NCBI GenBank assembly: GCA_963798485.1
Contig: CAWCTR010000032.1
Location: 18,984 to 82,983 of the forward strand
Length of the DNA stretch: 64,000 nt
Direction: 5' to 3'
Source: an uncultured delta proteobacterium
GTDB taxonomy: Bacteria > Desulfobacterota > Desulfomonilia > UBA1062
Positions 41,942-52,141 of this stretch are shown piece after piece. How positions within the stretch are numbered: position 1 is the stretch's first letter; each line of letters begins with the position of its first letter. The translations under genes were made by a program, and so were the position numbers. The notes beneath the pieces were generated by a model, which worked only from the letters and a program-made list of their open reading frames with translations, was not told where the DNA came from and did not search any database.

Positions 41942-42977
41942 ATGGGCATTCAGGTTACTGGTTATAGGAATCGTTCTGGCAGGCATATACGCACTCATTT
42001 ACTTCGTCCGGTCACTCTCCCATGAAAGCACGGATGACGCCTATGTGGCAGGGGTGATCGTCCCTGTCTCCGCCGAGGTGAAGGGGAGGGTTGTGAAGGT
42101 GCATATCAATGACAACCAGGACGTTACCGCCGGGTCACCCCTCGTTGAGATCGATCAGGATGATTACCTGCATACGCTGAGTGAAAGAACGGTGAGCGTT
42201 TCACAGCTTGAGGCTCAAGACACAGAAGTGAAGGCTTCTATAGAGCAGGGGAACAAGACCCTTGCACAAGCCCGTGCAAACCTGGATGCCGCTGTTGCCG
42301 AAGAAGACCTGGCTGATAAGGATGTCAAGCGTTATAGTAATCTGTTCCGACAGAAGGTGGTGTCACAGAGCCAGTATGACATCGTTCAATCGCGATGGAA
42401 GGTTGCAAGGGCCAGGAAAGAGGCTGCAAATGCTGCTGTAGCAGGGGCCGAGGCGGCGCTTAGGACCCTTCAGGCGGGTTTGAAAACCCAGGAGTACAAA
42501 ATCAAGGAAGCAGAGGTATCCCGGAGCCTGGCACGGCTGAGCCTTTCCCGGACAACCGTGGTGGCGCCCATGTCGGGAAGGATAGCCATGAAAAATGTGG
42601 ATCCGGGCAAATATGTGGAGCCGGGCCAGCCCCTTCTTTCAATCGTGAAGGAGGATACGTGGGTCATAGCCAATTTCAAGGAGACGCAGATCAAGAAAAT
42701 GTCTGTCGGGCAGCCGGTAGAGGTTAAGGTCGATGCCTACCCGGGCAGGGTCTTCAAGGGGCATGTCGACAGTGTGCAGCCCGGGACCGGCGCGGTCTTC
42801 AGCCTGCTGCCTCCGGAAAATGCAACAGGTAACTTCGTCAAGGTAGTGCAGCGCGTCCCCATCAAGATCATCATTGATTCCCGTTTTGACCCTGCACATC
42901 CGTTATGGCCGGGGCTTTCCGTTGTCCCGACCATTGATGTAAGCCGCCGGACAGGCCCCAGTCTGGCCAAGAAATAG
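41934..42977 (+). CDS. EmrA/HlyD-family efflux adaptor
   Basis: STDDAYV, ANFKETQI, PPENATGNFVKVVQRVP. Confidence 0.92.
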   Translation: MNKWAFRLLVIGIVLAGIYALIYFVRSLSHESTDDAYVAGVIVPVSAEVKGRVVKVHINDNQDVTAGSPLVEIDQDDYLHTLSERTVSVSQLEAQDTEVKASIEQGNKTLAQARANLDAAVAEEDLADKDVKRYSNLFRQKVVSQSQYDIVQSRWKVARARKEAANAAVAGAEAALRTLQAGLKTQEYKIKEAEVSRSLARLSLSRTTVVAPMSGRIAMKNVDPGKYVEPGQPLLSIVKEDTWVIANFKETQIKKMSVGQPVEVKVDAYPGRVFKGHVDSVQPGTGAVFSLLPPENATGNFVKVVQRVPIKIIIDSRFDPAHPLWPGLSVVPTIDVSRRTGPSLAKK

Positions 42978-42985
42978 TCGCTAAA

Positions 42986-44539
42986 GTGAGCGAGAAATCG
43001 ATCAGCAATAAATGGCTCATCGCCATGACGGTGATGACCGGGACGATCATGTCCGCCATTGATACGAGCATTGTGAATGTCGCACTGCCCACCATGCGGG
43101 GGACTCTCGGGGCCTCGGTCGAGGAGATCACCTGGGTTTCAACAGGCTACATCCTCTCGAACGTCATCATTATGCCCATCGTAGGGCTCATGAGCTCCCG
43201 GTTCGGACGCAAGAGGTTCTATATTGTCTCAGTACTGTTGTTCACCTGCGCTTCCATGATGTGTGGTACTGCCTGGAGCCTGGGTTCAATGGTAACCTTC
43301 CGCATTATTCAGGGCATAGGCGGCGGCGCGTTGATCCCTGTTTCACAGGCGATCCTCAGGGAAACGTTCCCCCCGAAAGAGCAGGCCATGGCAATGGGGA
43401 TCTACGGTGTCGGCGTCATCCTGGGGCCGGCCATCGGGCCCACACTCGGGGGGTGGCTTACCGACAATTATTCCTGGCCTTGGATCTTCTATATAAACCT
43501 CCCGGTCGGCATTCTTAACATTCTGTTGGTCATGAAGTTCATCGAAGACCCGCCCTATCTGATCCGCGAGAAAGGAAAGCTCGACCTTGCAGGCCTGCTT
43601 TTCATGACCATCGGGTTAGGGGCGCTGCAGATCATGCTCGAAAAGGGTGAGCAGAAAGACTGGTTCGCATCAAACTTCATCATTACTCTTGCCGCCATCT
43701 CATGCATGGGTCTTATGGTGTTTATATGGCGGGAATTGACAACGGACAGGCCGGCGGTCAACCTGAGGATTCTGAAGGATATGAATTTTACCTCTGCGAC
43801 CTTCCTCGGCGGCATTCTCGGCCTGGCGTTGATGGGCAGCCTTTTTCTCCTGCCTCTCCTCCTCCAGCAGCTCCTTGGATATCCGGCCTTTGATTCGGGC
43901 CTGGCCCTGCTTCCGAGGAGTATAGCCATGGCGTTCTCGATGCCCATCGGAGGCAGGCTCTATAACAGGTTCGGCCCTCGGGTGCTTATCGGAACAGGGC
44001 TTTTGGTGAATGCCATCTCATTCTACGAGTTCTCATGCCTGTCGCTTGACATGGGATACTGGGATATATTTTTCCCCCAATTCATTCAGGGCATCGGGTT
44101 CGGGCTTATCTTCGTATCCTTGAGCACGGCAGCGCTTGCATCCATTGAAAAGCCGCTCATGACCGCTGCAACAGGGCTCTACAATGTCGTCCGACAGGTA
44201 TTCGGCAGCATCGGCATAGCGCTGTCCGCCACACTGCTCACCCAGGGAGAAAACTGGAACAGGGCGATGCTCGTCAAGGATATGACCGCATTTCGTGACA
44301 TCGCCCACGGCTCACTCAATGGATTATGGCCTTACCTGGTTACCAGGGGCGTAAACCCGGCAGTCGCGAAGAACATGGCCTTGAAGATGATGGACGGATT
44401 CATTATGCAGCAGGCGAGCATGCTTTCATACAATCATGTATTCTCACTCATCTCCATGATTTTCCTGTTCTCAATACCCTTGATCATCTTTATAAAAGAT
44501 GCCAGGAGGGATAGGGACACAGATGTCGTTATCGATTGA
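42986..44539 (+). CDS. DHA2 (EmrB-like) MFS efflux permease
   Basis: DTSIVNVALP, GPTLGG, WIFYINLPVG. Confidence 0.92.
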   Translation: MSEKSISNKWLIAMTVMTGTIMSAIDTSIVNVALPTMRGTLGASVEEITWVSTGYILSNVIIMPIVGLMSSRFGRKRFYIVSVLLFTCASMMCGTAWSLGSMVTFRIIQGIGGGALIPVSQAILRETFPPKEQAMAMGIYGVGVILGPAIGPTLGGWLTDNYSWPWIFYINLPVGILNILLVMKFIEDPPYLIREKGKLDLAGLLFMTIGLGALQIMLEKGEQKDWFASNFIITLAAISCMGLMVFIWRELTTDRPAVNLRILKDMNFTSATFLGGILGLALMGSLFLLPLLLQQLLGYPAFDSGLALLPRSIAMAFSMPIGGRLYNRFGPRVLIGTGLLVNAISFYEFSCLSLDMGYWDIFFPQFIQGIGFGLIFVSLSTAALASIEKPLMTAATGLYNVVRQVFGSIGIALSATLLTQGENWNRAMLVKDMTAFRDIAHGSLNGLWPYLVTRGVNPAVAKNMALKMMDGFIMQQASMLSYNHVFSLISMIFLFSIPLIIFIKDARRDRDTDVVID

Positions 44540-44552
44540 AGAGGAGGGCCTA

Positions 44553-45185
44553 ATGGGAGACAAAGGGCATACTGCAGTAACCATATCGAGGCAGATGGGA
44601 AGCGGAGGTACGTATATAGGCTACCTGCTGGCAAAAGAGATGGGTTTTACATACGTAGACCGCGAGATTTTGCGCCTGGCGGCAAAACACCTTAAGACCG
44701 ATGCGGACTGGCTTGAGAATTTTGATGAGAGATCTTCGGGCCTTCTTGCGAATATCTTGAGGGGGTTCGCATTAGGGACCCCGGAAACCACCTGCGCTTC
44801 TCCCTTGAGCAGGCCGGTTTACGACAGGGAGCTGTTCACCCTTGAGTGCAAGATTATGAATGATATGGCTGACCTTCATAATGCGGTAATCATCGGCCGG
44901 GCTGGATTTCATGCACTGAGAGGCCGCCCGGGGGTTATCCGGGTGTTCATCCATGCCCCGCTGGAATTTCGTATCAAACGGTTGATGAAGGTGCAGAATA
45001 TCACGGACATCAGGCAGGTGCGGGCCGATATAGAGAAATCAGATCAGAGAAAGGCCAAGTTCATACGGGATATGGTCGGTGTGAACTGGACCGATTCGTT
45101 GAACTACCACCTCTGTATCGATTCGAGCAGGGTCAGTTTCGAGGCAAGTGTGGAGATGATCATGAAACTTGTGGAAGGCTGTTAG
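44553..45185 (+). CDS. Cytidylate kinase-like protein
   Basis: TISRQMGSGG, VIIGR, YHLCIDS. Confidence 0.85.
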   Translation: MGDKGHTAVTISRQMGSGGTYIGYLLAKEMGFTYVDREILRLAAKHLKTDADWLENFDERSSGLLANILRGFALGTPETTCASPLSRPVYDRELFTLECKIMNDMADLHNAVIIGRAGFHALRGRPGVIRVFIHAPLEFRIKRLMKVQNITDIRQVRADIEKSDQRKAKFIRDMVGVNWTDSLNYHLCIDSSRVSFEASVEMIMKLVEGC

Positions 45186-45249
45186 CCTTTTACAGAAAGG
45201 ATTTCGTTGTTAGGTATTCAGAAATGATCGTTTTCAAGGGGGGGATGGC

Positions 45250-46677
45250 ATGAAGAAATCATCGCGATGGCTGCTAGGGGTCCTTGGCGTGGTCGTTGTC
45301 CTTTGCTGTGGCGCAGTCACCTTCCTGATGCTCGAAGTGGCGCCCGTCGGCACGGCCTATACGGCCAAGCGCATGTGCTCCTGTGTCTTTGTGGCGCATC
45401 GCGACCCTTCCTCGGTGCTCCATGATGAGCTCGGTAAATACGGCTACATCACTACGGATATCGATTATGAAAAGAAGACCGTAACCGGTTCTGTGCTGGG
45501 CATGGCCAAACGCACGGCTGTATACCGGGAAGGCCTCGGCTGCACTCTGGCTGTTGGAATAAGCGAGGATAATCTCAGGAAACAGACAAACGGGTATGTG
45601 CCTGTGCAGCCGAACCAGCCAGGACTCCCCTGGCCTGATGGGGATGTGGTAAAAGATGAACCTGTGCCCAAGAATGTCGATATGCAAAAAGTTAAGCAAG
45701 CCGTTGATCTGGCATTTTCCGAACCTGATCCGGCAAGGCTCCGCAGGACCAGGGCAATTATAGTTCTCTATGAAGGAAAGATCCTTGCCGAGCGTTACGC
45801 CTCAGGGTATACCAAGGCAACACCGCAGCTCGGATGGTCCATGACCAAGAGTGTGACGAACGCCCTGGTGGGCATCCTTGTCAAGAACGGAAGGCTCAAG
45901 GTGAAAGCCCCGGCGCCTGTGCCTGAATGGCGTTCCCCCGGCGACAAGAGAGGCGCTATTACCTTGGACGAGCTCCTGCACATGAGCAGCGGGCTCAAGT
46001 TCAAAGAGGTCTATGATGATCCCCTTTCCGATGTCGTCCGCATGCTCTTTGTTGAGGCCGATGCAGGGGCTTTTGCCTCATCCATGCCCGTCGAAGTGAC
46101 TCCTGATACCCGCTGGCAATACTCGAGCGGGACAACGAATATCATCTCCCGCATCGTCCGACAGGCATATGCAGGATCTTTGAACGAATATTTCTCCTTT
46201 CCCCGCAAGGCCCTGTTCAACAAGATAGGGATGGCCAGTGCTGTGATGGAGCCTGACCCATCCGGCACCTTTGTGGGATCATCCTTCATGTATGCAACGC
46301 CACGGGATTGGGCGCGCTTCGGCCTCTTCTGCCTGAATGACGGGGTGTGGGGCGGCGAGCGTATACTGCCTGTGGGGTGGATGAAGTACAGCACAACACC
46401 TGCACACACAGCGCCCAAGGCCATGTACGGCGCTCAGTTCTGGCTGAATGCCGGCGATCCGTCCAACCCTGCGCAGAGGTGGATGCCCAAGGCCCCGAAT
46501 GACATGTACTCCCTATCGGGCTTTGAAGGACAGTTCGTTTCCATGGTCCCTTCAAGAAGACTCGTCATCGTACGCCTCGGCCTGAGCGTCCCTGAGGAGA
46601 ACTGGGACCAGGGGCAGTTCATTGCCGACATCGTGGATGCGATCCCTGCAGGGGATGTCTCACAAAATAGGCAATAG
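45250..46677 (+). CDS. Serine hydrolase (beta-lactamase class C-like)
   Basis: WSMTKS (SxxK), LLHMSSGL, YSSG. Confidence 0.88.
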   Translation: MKKSSRWLLGVLGVVVVLCCGAVTFLMLEVAPVGTAYTAKRMCSCVFVAHRDPSSVLHDELGKYGYITTDIDYEKKTVTGSVLGMAKRTAVYREGLGCTLAVGISEDNLRKQTNGYVPVQPNQPGLPWPDGDVVKDEPVPKNVDMQKVKQAVDLAFSEPDPARLRRTRAIIVLYEGKILAERYASGYTKATPQLGWSMTKSVTNALVGILVKNGRLKVKAPAPVPEWRSPGDKRGAITLDELLHMSSGLKFKEVYDDPLSDVVRMLFVEADAGAFASSMPVEVTPDTRWQYSSGTTNIISRIVRQAYAGSLNEYFSFPRKALFNKIGMASAVMEPDPSGTFVGSSFMYATPRDWARFGLFCLNDGVWGGERILPVGWMKYSTTPAHTAPKAMYGAQFWLNAGDPSNPAQRWMPKAPNDMYSLSGFEGQFVSMVPSRRLVIVRLGLSVPEENWDQGQFIADIVDAIPAGDVSQNRQ

Positions 46678-46701
46678 GCACTATACTTTAATACCAAAGA
46701 G

Positions 46702-48012
46702 GTGAACATGGAGAAAGCTAGGTCCGAGGTCATTCTGGCGGACACAAAGAGCGGCATCAGGGCGGCGGTGAGCGAGGTCTTCGAGCATTTCGGCGGCGGC
46801 GGAAAACTCCTGTGTTCCAGCCGGGACGTGTACATCAAGGTTAATGCCGTGGGTCCCGAGGCATACGTCTATACCGACCCGAAAGTGCTGCGCGAAACCA
46901 TCCGTTATTTCCGCAGGTGTGGGGCGCGTACGATCTATGTCATGGAGAACTGCACCCAGGCCAACTTCACGCGCCTGGTTTTCCAGGCCACCGGGTATAT
47001 CCAGATCTGCAAGGAAACAGGCGCCGTTCCGGTCTTTCTGGACGAAACCCCGGCTGTCCCGATCTTCCTAGAGGGCATCGAGGAATTCATCGATATCTCA
47101 CGCTTCGTGTTCGAACGGCTCATCGAACATGGCGAAGAAAACCTCTACCTCTCCCTGCCCAAGCTCAAGACCCACTCCATGTCCCAGGTGACCTTGTCCA
47201 TCAAGAACCAGTTCGGCCTCGTGCACCAGAAAAGCCGCATCGCGGACCACAACTATCGCATCCACCAGAAGTTCGCGGACATCTACCGCGTGCTGCGGCC
47301 TGACTTCGCCCTGATCGACGGTCTGATCGCCACCACCCACGGCCACTACCCCACGACGTATAATGCCAATAAGTGTGTGGTGCCCATGGATCTCCTTATC
47401 GGCGGTTCCGACCCGCTGGCCACGGACGTGGTGGCGGCCGCCCTGATGGGCTTCGATCTGACCCAGGTCAAGCACCTGGATCTCTGCCGTGCCACCGGCA
47501 TCGGTATCGGCGATCCGGCCCGCATCGACATCATCAACAAACCCCTGTTCGAGGAACGCACACAGCACCTCACCTGCGAGCTGCTCGACGATTACCCGCC
47601 GGATCTTACCTTCCTCAGGGGCAAGGAGCGCTGCTGCAAGGAGGGCTGCCGCCGCAATACTGAGACCGTGGTGGAGATGCTCTACCGCGACCATGGCGGT
47701 AAAGGCGGTTTCACGATCCTCATGGGCAAGGGCATTGACAAGCAGGCGATCGACAGGATCACCGGCCGGGTGCATATCGCCGGCAGCTGCGCCATCCAGG
47801 ATTATGGTGTTGCACTCCAGGCGCGCCTGGGCAAGCGCAAGGTGACCATGAGCCCGGGATGCAACGACCTGGCGCTGACTGTCCACGGCCTGTGCAGGCA
47901 GATGGGGGTCCTCCCGGTGCAACTGTCACAGATGGACCTGGTGCGTTCCGCCGCCCTGTTCGTCATGGCAAAGCTCAAGGGCTCTCAAGCCAATATCGTC
48001 CCTTTGATTTAG
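46702..48012 (+). CDS. DUF362-domain protein with Cys-rich C-terminus
   Basis: LPKLKTH, TLSIKN.FG, DPLATD; CCKEGC, GSC, PGC. Confidence 0.75.
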   Translation: MNMEKARSEVILADTKSGIRAAVSEVFEHFGGGGKLLCSSRDVYIKVNAVGPEAYVYTDPKVLRETIRYFRRCGARTIYVMENCTQANFTRLVFQATGYIQICKETGAVPVFLDETPAVPIFLEGIEEFIDISRFVFERLIEHGEENLYLSLPKLKTHSMSQVTLSIKNQFGLVHQKSRIADHNYRIHQKFADIYRVLRPDFALIDGLIATTHGHYPTTYNANKCVVPMDLLIGGSDPLATDVVAAALMGFDLTQVKHLDLCRATGIGIGDPARIDIINKPLFEERTQHLTCELLDDYPPDLTFLRGKERCCKEGCRRNTETVVEMLYRDHGGKGGFTILMGKGIDKQAIDRITGRVHIAGSCAIQDYGVALQARLGKRKVTMSPGCNDLALTVHGLCRQMGVLPVQLSQMDLVRSAALFVMAKLKGSQANIVPLI

Positions 48013-48028
48013 GCCGAGGATCGTTCCC

Positions 48029-49066
48029 TTAATATACCTTCTCCCCGGCCATGTCCTCAGGCGATATCTTTTGCCGGAACACCCGGTACACCCAGATCTT
48101 GTACGCTATGACAATGGGCACGAAGATGAGGGCGACGACAGTCATGATGGCCAGCGTGGTCCGGCTGGATGAAGAATTATAGATGGTCATGCTGTAGGCC
48201 GGGTCAAGGTTTGACGGGATCAGGTTGGGGAACAGCCCGATGACGCCGGTAAAGCTTATGGTTATGATAGTTACGCATGATGCGGCAAAGGCCTTCAATC
48301 CGGCCCCCTTAACCAGAAATACCTTGGTAAGGATGAGAGCGGCCACTGCGATGAGGGGGACAACCAAGAGGAGAGGGCTGCTCAGATAGTTCAGGTATAG
48401 CCCTGTAGCAAAGGCCGTATATGCGAGAAACAGCACGGCAACGATGAGCAGCACTGTCCATGCCTGCCCGGCAAAGGCCGACGCACGTCCGCTGAGATCA
48501 CCACCGGTCTTGACAGAGGCATAGATTGCCCCATGCACAACGAACAACATCACAAAAAGAATTCCGGTGAGGAGCCCGTACGGGTTCAACAGGGTGAACA
48601 GGTTCCCATGGTAGCCCGATACATCCATGGGCAGTCCCTTGAAGATGTTGCCGAAGGCCACACCGAGCAGCAGTGCGGGCAGGAAGCTGCCCAGGAGTAT
48701 GCCTATATCCCAAAGCCTCTTCCAGCCGGGGCTGTCTACCTTTCCCCTGAATTCCAGGGACACACCCCGGATAATCAGGGCAAACAGGAGCAGGAGCAGG
48801 GCGGTGTAGAGGTAGCTGAACATGAGGGCATATGTCGTGGGGAAGGCAGCGAAGGTCGCCCCGCCGGCAGTGAGGAGCCATACCTCGTTGCCGTTCCATA
48901 CCGGCCCGACGATAGCGACCATGGCCTGCTTCTCTCTTTCATTCTTTGCAAGAAAATTGTGGAGCATGCCGGTACCGAGCACGAAGCCGTCAAGCATAAA
49001 GTAGACCGCCCAGAGGAGGCCCCACAACGCAAACCAGGTAATCTGCAATATCTTTAGCGCGTCCAT
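48029..49066 (-). CDS. cydB: Cytochrome bd ubiquinol oxidase subunit II
   Basis: LDGF, GPVWNGNEVWL, FAAFP. Confidence 0.95.
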   Translation of the reverse strand: MDALKILQITWFALWGLLWAVYFMLDGFVLGTGMLHNFLAKNEREKQAMVAIVGPVWNGNEVWLLTAGGATFAAFPTTYALMFSYLYTALLLLLFALIIRGVSLEFRGKVDSPGWKRLWDIGILLGSFLPALLLGVAFGNIFKGLPMDVSGYHGNLFTLLNPYGLLTGILFVMLFVVHGAIYASVKTGGDLSGRASAFAGQAWTVLLIVAVLFLAYTAFATGLYLNYLSSPLLLVVPLIAVAALILTKVFLVKGAGLKAFAASCVTIITISFTGVIGLFPNLIPSNLDPAYSMTIYNSSSSRTTLAIMTVVALIFVPIVIAYKIWVYRVFRQKISPEDMAGEKVY

Positions 49067-49067
49067 G

Positions 49068-50441
49068 TCATACCTCCCTTGTCCTTGCGGTCATGACCCC
49101 CTGATCACCCTTTTCCGGACCCTGCTTGGCATATTTGACAAGGAGATACACGTCAACGATACCAAGGAGCGTGTACACTGCGGTAAAAGCGATAAGGGAA
49201 ATGGCCACCTGAGAAACAGAGATGGATTTGGACACCGCATCCGAGGTCTTGAGCAGGCCGTAGACGATCCAGGGCTGCCTGCCCACCTCGGCAACGATCC
49301 ACCCCAGCTGTACGCCGATATACGGACATGCTATCGCCAGGAGCATGATCTTGAGAAAGAGCGGGAAGGATTCCAGTTTGTCCTTTACCGAGAGATAGAC
49401 CGCCATGATGGAGAGCAGGAACATCACAATGCCCAGGACCACCATGACACGGAAGCTGTAGAAGGTGAGTCCCACCGGGGGCCTCAGGTCTTTCGGTATA
49501 TCCTTGAGCCCTTTGACCTCGGCATTAAGATTATGGTATGCGAGCAGGCTCGTCAGCTTGGGGATAGTGAGGAACTCGACTGAGTTTCTCTCATTATCGC
49601 TGTCCGGCACCACGATCAGACTCAACCCCGCCCCTTTCTGTGTGTCCCAGACGGCCTCCAGGGCAGCGAGCTTGGAAGGCTGCACCTTGGCGATCTCGAC
49701 GGCATGGAAGTCTCCGGTAACCATCACGAGAATCCCGGATACAAGCCCGAAGATCGCGGCTGCCTTGAAAGACCGTTTGAAGAGTTCCACCTCGTTTTTT
49801 CTGAGCAGGTGCCATGCCGCGACCCCGGTGACGAAAAAGGCCGCCAGGGTGTAACCGGACAGGACTGTGTGGAAAAACTTGATCCAGCCATAGGGGTTTG
49901 CCGCCACGGCCATGAAGTCGGCCATTTCCGCACGCCTTGATATGAGGGGATTCCCTGAGATCTCTACGATCCTTGAACCTACCGGGTTCTGCATCCAGCC
50001 GTTGGCCAAAAGAATCCACAGGGCCGAGAGATTGGTGGCAAAGGCCACGATGGTGATGGCCCATGCATGGGTCCTTCGGGATACCTTGTCCCAGCCGAAG
50101 ATCCACACCCCGATAAAGACCGACTCAAGGAAGAAGGCCAGCGTAGCCTCCACGGCCAATGGGGCCCCGAAGATGTCGCCTACATACTTGGAGTATTCGG
50201 CCCAGTTCATACCGAACTGGAACTCAAGCGTGATGCCCGTGACGATACCCAGGGCGAAATTGATGAGGAAGAGCTTACCCCAGAACCGTGCCATCCTCAG
50301 CCACATCTCGTCGAGAGTCTTCACGAAGCGCCATTCCATCCATGCCACGAGTACGGAAAGCCCCAGGGTGAGCGGTACAAAGATGAAGTGAAACATACTC
50401 GTAATGGCAAACTGCAGCCTGCTCAGCATCAATACATCCAT
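49068..50441 (-). CDS. cydA: Cytochrome bd ubiquinol oxidase subunit I
   Basis: SRLQFA, HFIFVP, QPSKLAALE, EVGRQPW. Confidence 0.96.
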   Translation of the reverse strand: MDVLMLSRLQFAITSMFHFIFVPLTLGLSVLVAWMEWRFVKTLDEMWLRMARFWGKLFLINFALGIVTGITLEFQFGMNWAEYSKYVGDIFGAPLAVEATLAFFLESVFIGVWIFGWDKVSRRTHAWAITIVAFATNLSALWILLANGWMQNPVGSRIVEISGNPLISRRAEMADFMAVAANPYGWIKFFHTVLSGYTLAAFFVTGVAAWHLLRKNEVELFKRSFKAAAIFGLVSGILVMVTGDFHAVEIAKVQPSKLAALEAVWDTQKGAGLSLIVVPDSDNERNSVEFLTIPKLTSLLAYHNLNAEVKGLKDIPKDLRPPVGLTFYSFRVMVVLGIVMFLLSIMAVYLSVKDKLESFPLFLKIMLLAIACPYIGVQLGWIVAEVGRQPWIVYGLLKTSDAVSKSISVSQVAISLIAFTAVYTLLGIVDVYLLVKYAKQGPEKGDQGVMTARTREV

Positions 50442-50546
50442 GCAGACCTCCTGCCAGATATATTACGGACAACGTCCTATTCTGGGACAACGTCCGTTAC
50501 TGGTTGTTCATTATGAAAATATAATCCTCATTCTGAGTAAATCTAC

Positions 50547-50960
50547 CTACCCGGCACTCAGTGTTTTCAGGGTGACCTCATCCAGAATGCCTTTTGTCAC
50601 TGCCTGGAGCCTCCTCCAGACAGGATGGACCGGGCAGGTATTTTGGAACGAGCACACACCTTCGCCCATGAGGCATTGGTTCGGCATGATCGGGCCTTCT
50701 ATGGCCTCCACGATCTCACGCAGGGTGATCCTTTCCGGCGGCCTCGCCAGCACAAAGCCCCCGTTCACCCCTCTTGTCGACTTAATTAGTCCTGTTTTGG
50801 CAAGCTCCTGGAAGATCTTGGCAAGGAACGTCTTGGGTGCTTCAACAGCACCGGCAATGTCTACGATCAGTGATATATTGCCATCTTTCTGCCTTGAGAG
50901 ATAAAGCATACCGCGGATTGCGTATTCGGCTTTTCTTGTCAACTCCATCATGCATAGCAC
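50547..50960 (-). CDS. Rrf2-family regulator with three Cys
   Basis: STRGVNGGFVLAR; C..C..C..H. Confidence 0.9.
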   Translation of the reverse strand: MLCMMELTRKAEYAIRGMLYLSRQKDGNISLIVDIAGAVEAPKTFLAKIFQELAKTGLIKSTRGVNGGFVLARPPERITLREIVEAIEGPIMPNQCLMGEGVCSFQNTCPVHPVWRRLQAVTKGILDEVTLKTLSAG

Positions 50961-51066
50961 CTATTCAGGATCATTATTATCTTTTATTAATAATTGCATC
51001 TTCATTTTTGTCAAGGGATCTTTTAATGGAAGTTCATGATCTATACAGTTCATGAACAGGTAAAGA

Positions 51067-51217
51067 CGGGCTGTTGCCCAAACCATAAAATGGCTTATGA
51101 GATCCTTCGCTACGCTCAGGATGACACGTAATCTCACTATGATGATTGTCATTCTGAACGAAGTGAAGAATCTCGTTTCTTCACATATTCACCTATGAGT
51201 ATTTGGGCAACAGCCCG
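51067..51217. mobile_element. 151-bp MITE-like element with a nested inverted REP pair
   Basis: 16-bp TIR CGGGCTGTTGCCCAAA/TTTGGGCAACAGCCCG, AAGA directly repeated on both flanks; inner GAGATCCTTCGCTACGCTCAGGATGACA...TGTCATTCTGAACGAAGTGAAGAATCTC. Confidence 0.7.
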
Positions 51218-51312
51218 AAGATTCTTGACACTTTGAAGGAAAGCATTTAAGCATTCGATATGTCGATGATAATCGAAATATACCGAGCGGCACACAGAGT
51301 TAGGGGATAGTT

Positions 51313-51648
51313 ATGCCAAAACAGGATACCAAGAGGGAACAGATCGACAAAGAACTCATCGTTGATGCTTTTAAAGCATTATCCAACAAAAACCGTCTTG
51401 CAATCTTCGAGCAGATCAGGATGGGCTGCTGCGGCAAGGCCGGACTCGGTGGTGACAGCCGCCTTGCAGTGTGCGCAGTTGCAGACGCCGTGAATATCGT
51501 CCCCTCAACGATCTCCCACCACATCAAGGAACTCAGGCGTGCACACCTGATCCGCTGCGAACGGCAGGGACAGTCGATCCTCTGAACAGCCAATGAAGAG
51601 ACCATCAGTTCGATGGTCCAGTACCTCACCGGCAAGGCCAAGTCCTGA
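51313..51648 (+). CDS. ArsR/SmtB regulator, probable selenoprotein (UGA at 51583-51585)
   Basis: FKALS...RLAIF, GCC, STISHHIKEL; TGA falls in the wing strand and the frame continues 20 codons (TANEETISSMVQYLTGKAKS); SECIS-like hairpin follows. Confidence 0.8.
51600..51618 (+). other. Putative bacterial SECIS hairpin
   Basis: GACCATC-AGTTC-GATGGTC; loop starts 21 nt after UGA with G as second loop base. Confidence 0.65.
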
Positions 51649-51742
51649 ACCGGATCAGCCCTAGCCGCAGCTTTAACGCTGCTCAGGTAAAGGTTTCTAA
51701 TTTTTTTTCTGAAAAAGCCTTGACAGTCATGCCTGAAGGTAT

Positions 51743-51778
51743 TATTAGATAATTCGATATATATCGAATTATCTAATA
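51743..51778. promoter_or_regulatory. 36-bp perfect palindrome, putative ArsR operator
   Basis: TATTAGATAATTCGATAT|ATATCGAATTATCTAATA, starting 17 bp after TTGACA (51720-51725). Confidence 0.75.
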
Positions 51779-51855
51779 TCCGTTGCCCGTTGCGCATGGG
51801 TGAAAAGGAATGGAACCATGATGCACGCTGAGGCACAAAGGGAAGGAGGTGTAAC

Positions 51856-52116
51856 ATGATGGACAATGCAGGAAAGGAAAAGATGTTCGGTCTCATGATG
51901 GACATGTGCTGCAAGGGCATGTCCGAAGAGGATAAGTCGAAGATGAAGGAACAGATGCTCTCATGCTGCAATAACATGGCATCCATGATGTCTCAATTCA
52001 AGGACATGTGCAAAGGTATGCCCGAGGGATTCAAGTCATGCTGCGGTCAGATGGGCTTCTCAGAATTCACGAAAGGCTGCTGTGGCAGAGAGGGCAGTGA
52101 AAAGGCAAAGGCCTGA
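51856..52116 (+). CDS. Small Cys/Met-rich protein (four CC pairs)
   Basis: SD AGGAGGT; MCCK, SCCN, SCCG, GCCG. Confidence 0.75.
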   Translation: MMDNAGKEKMFGLMMDMCCKGMSEEDKSKMKEQMLSCCNNMASMMSQFKDMCKGMPEGFKSCCGQMGFSEFTKGCCGREGSEKAKA

Positions 52117-52141
52117 TGCAGCGATGGCCATTGAGGTCACT

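Noticed and set aside
50961-51152. 63-aa ORF containing VILSVAKDL
   Set aside because: It is a translation of the REP/MITE sequence
52114-52134. Possible Sec readthrough of the Cys-rich protein (TGA-TGC would give a U-C pair)
   Set aside because: It adds only a few residues, and the downstream hairpin is weak, too close and lacks an early loop G
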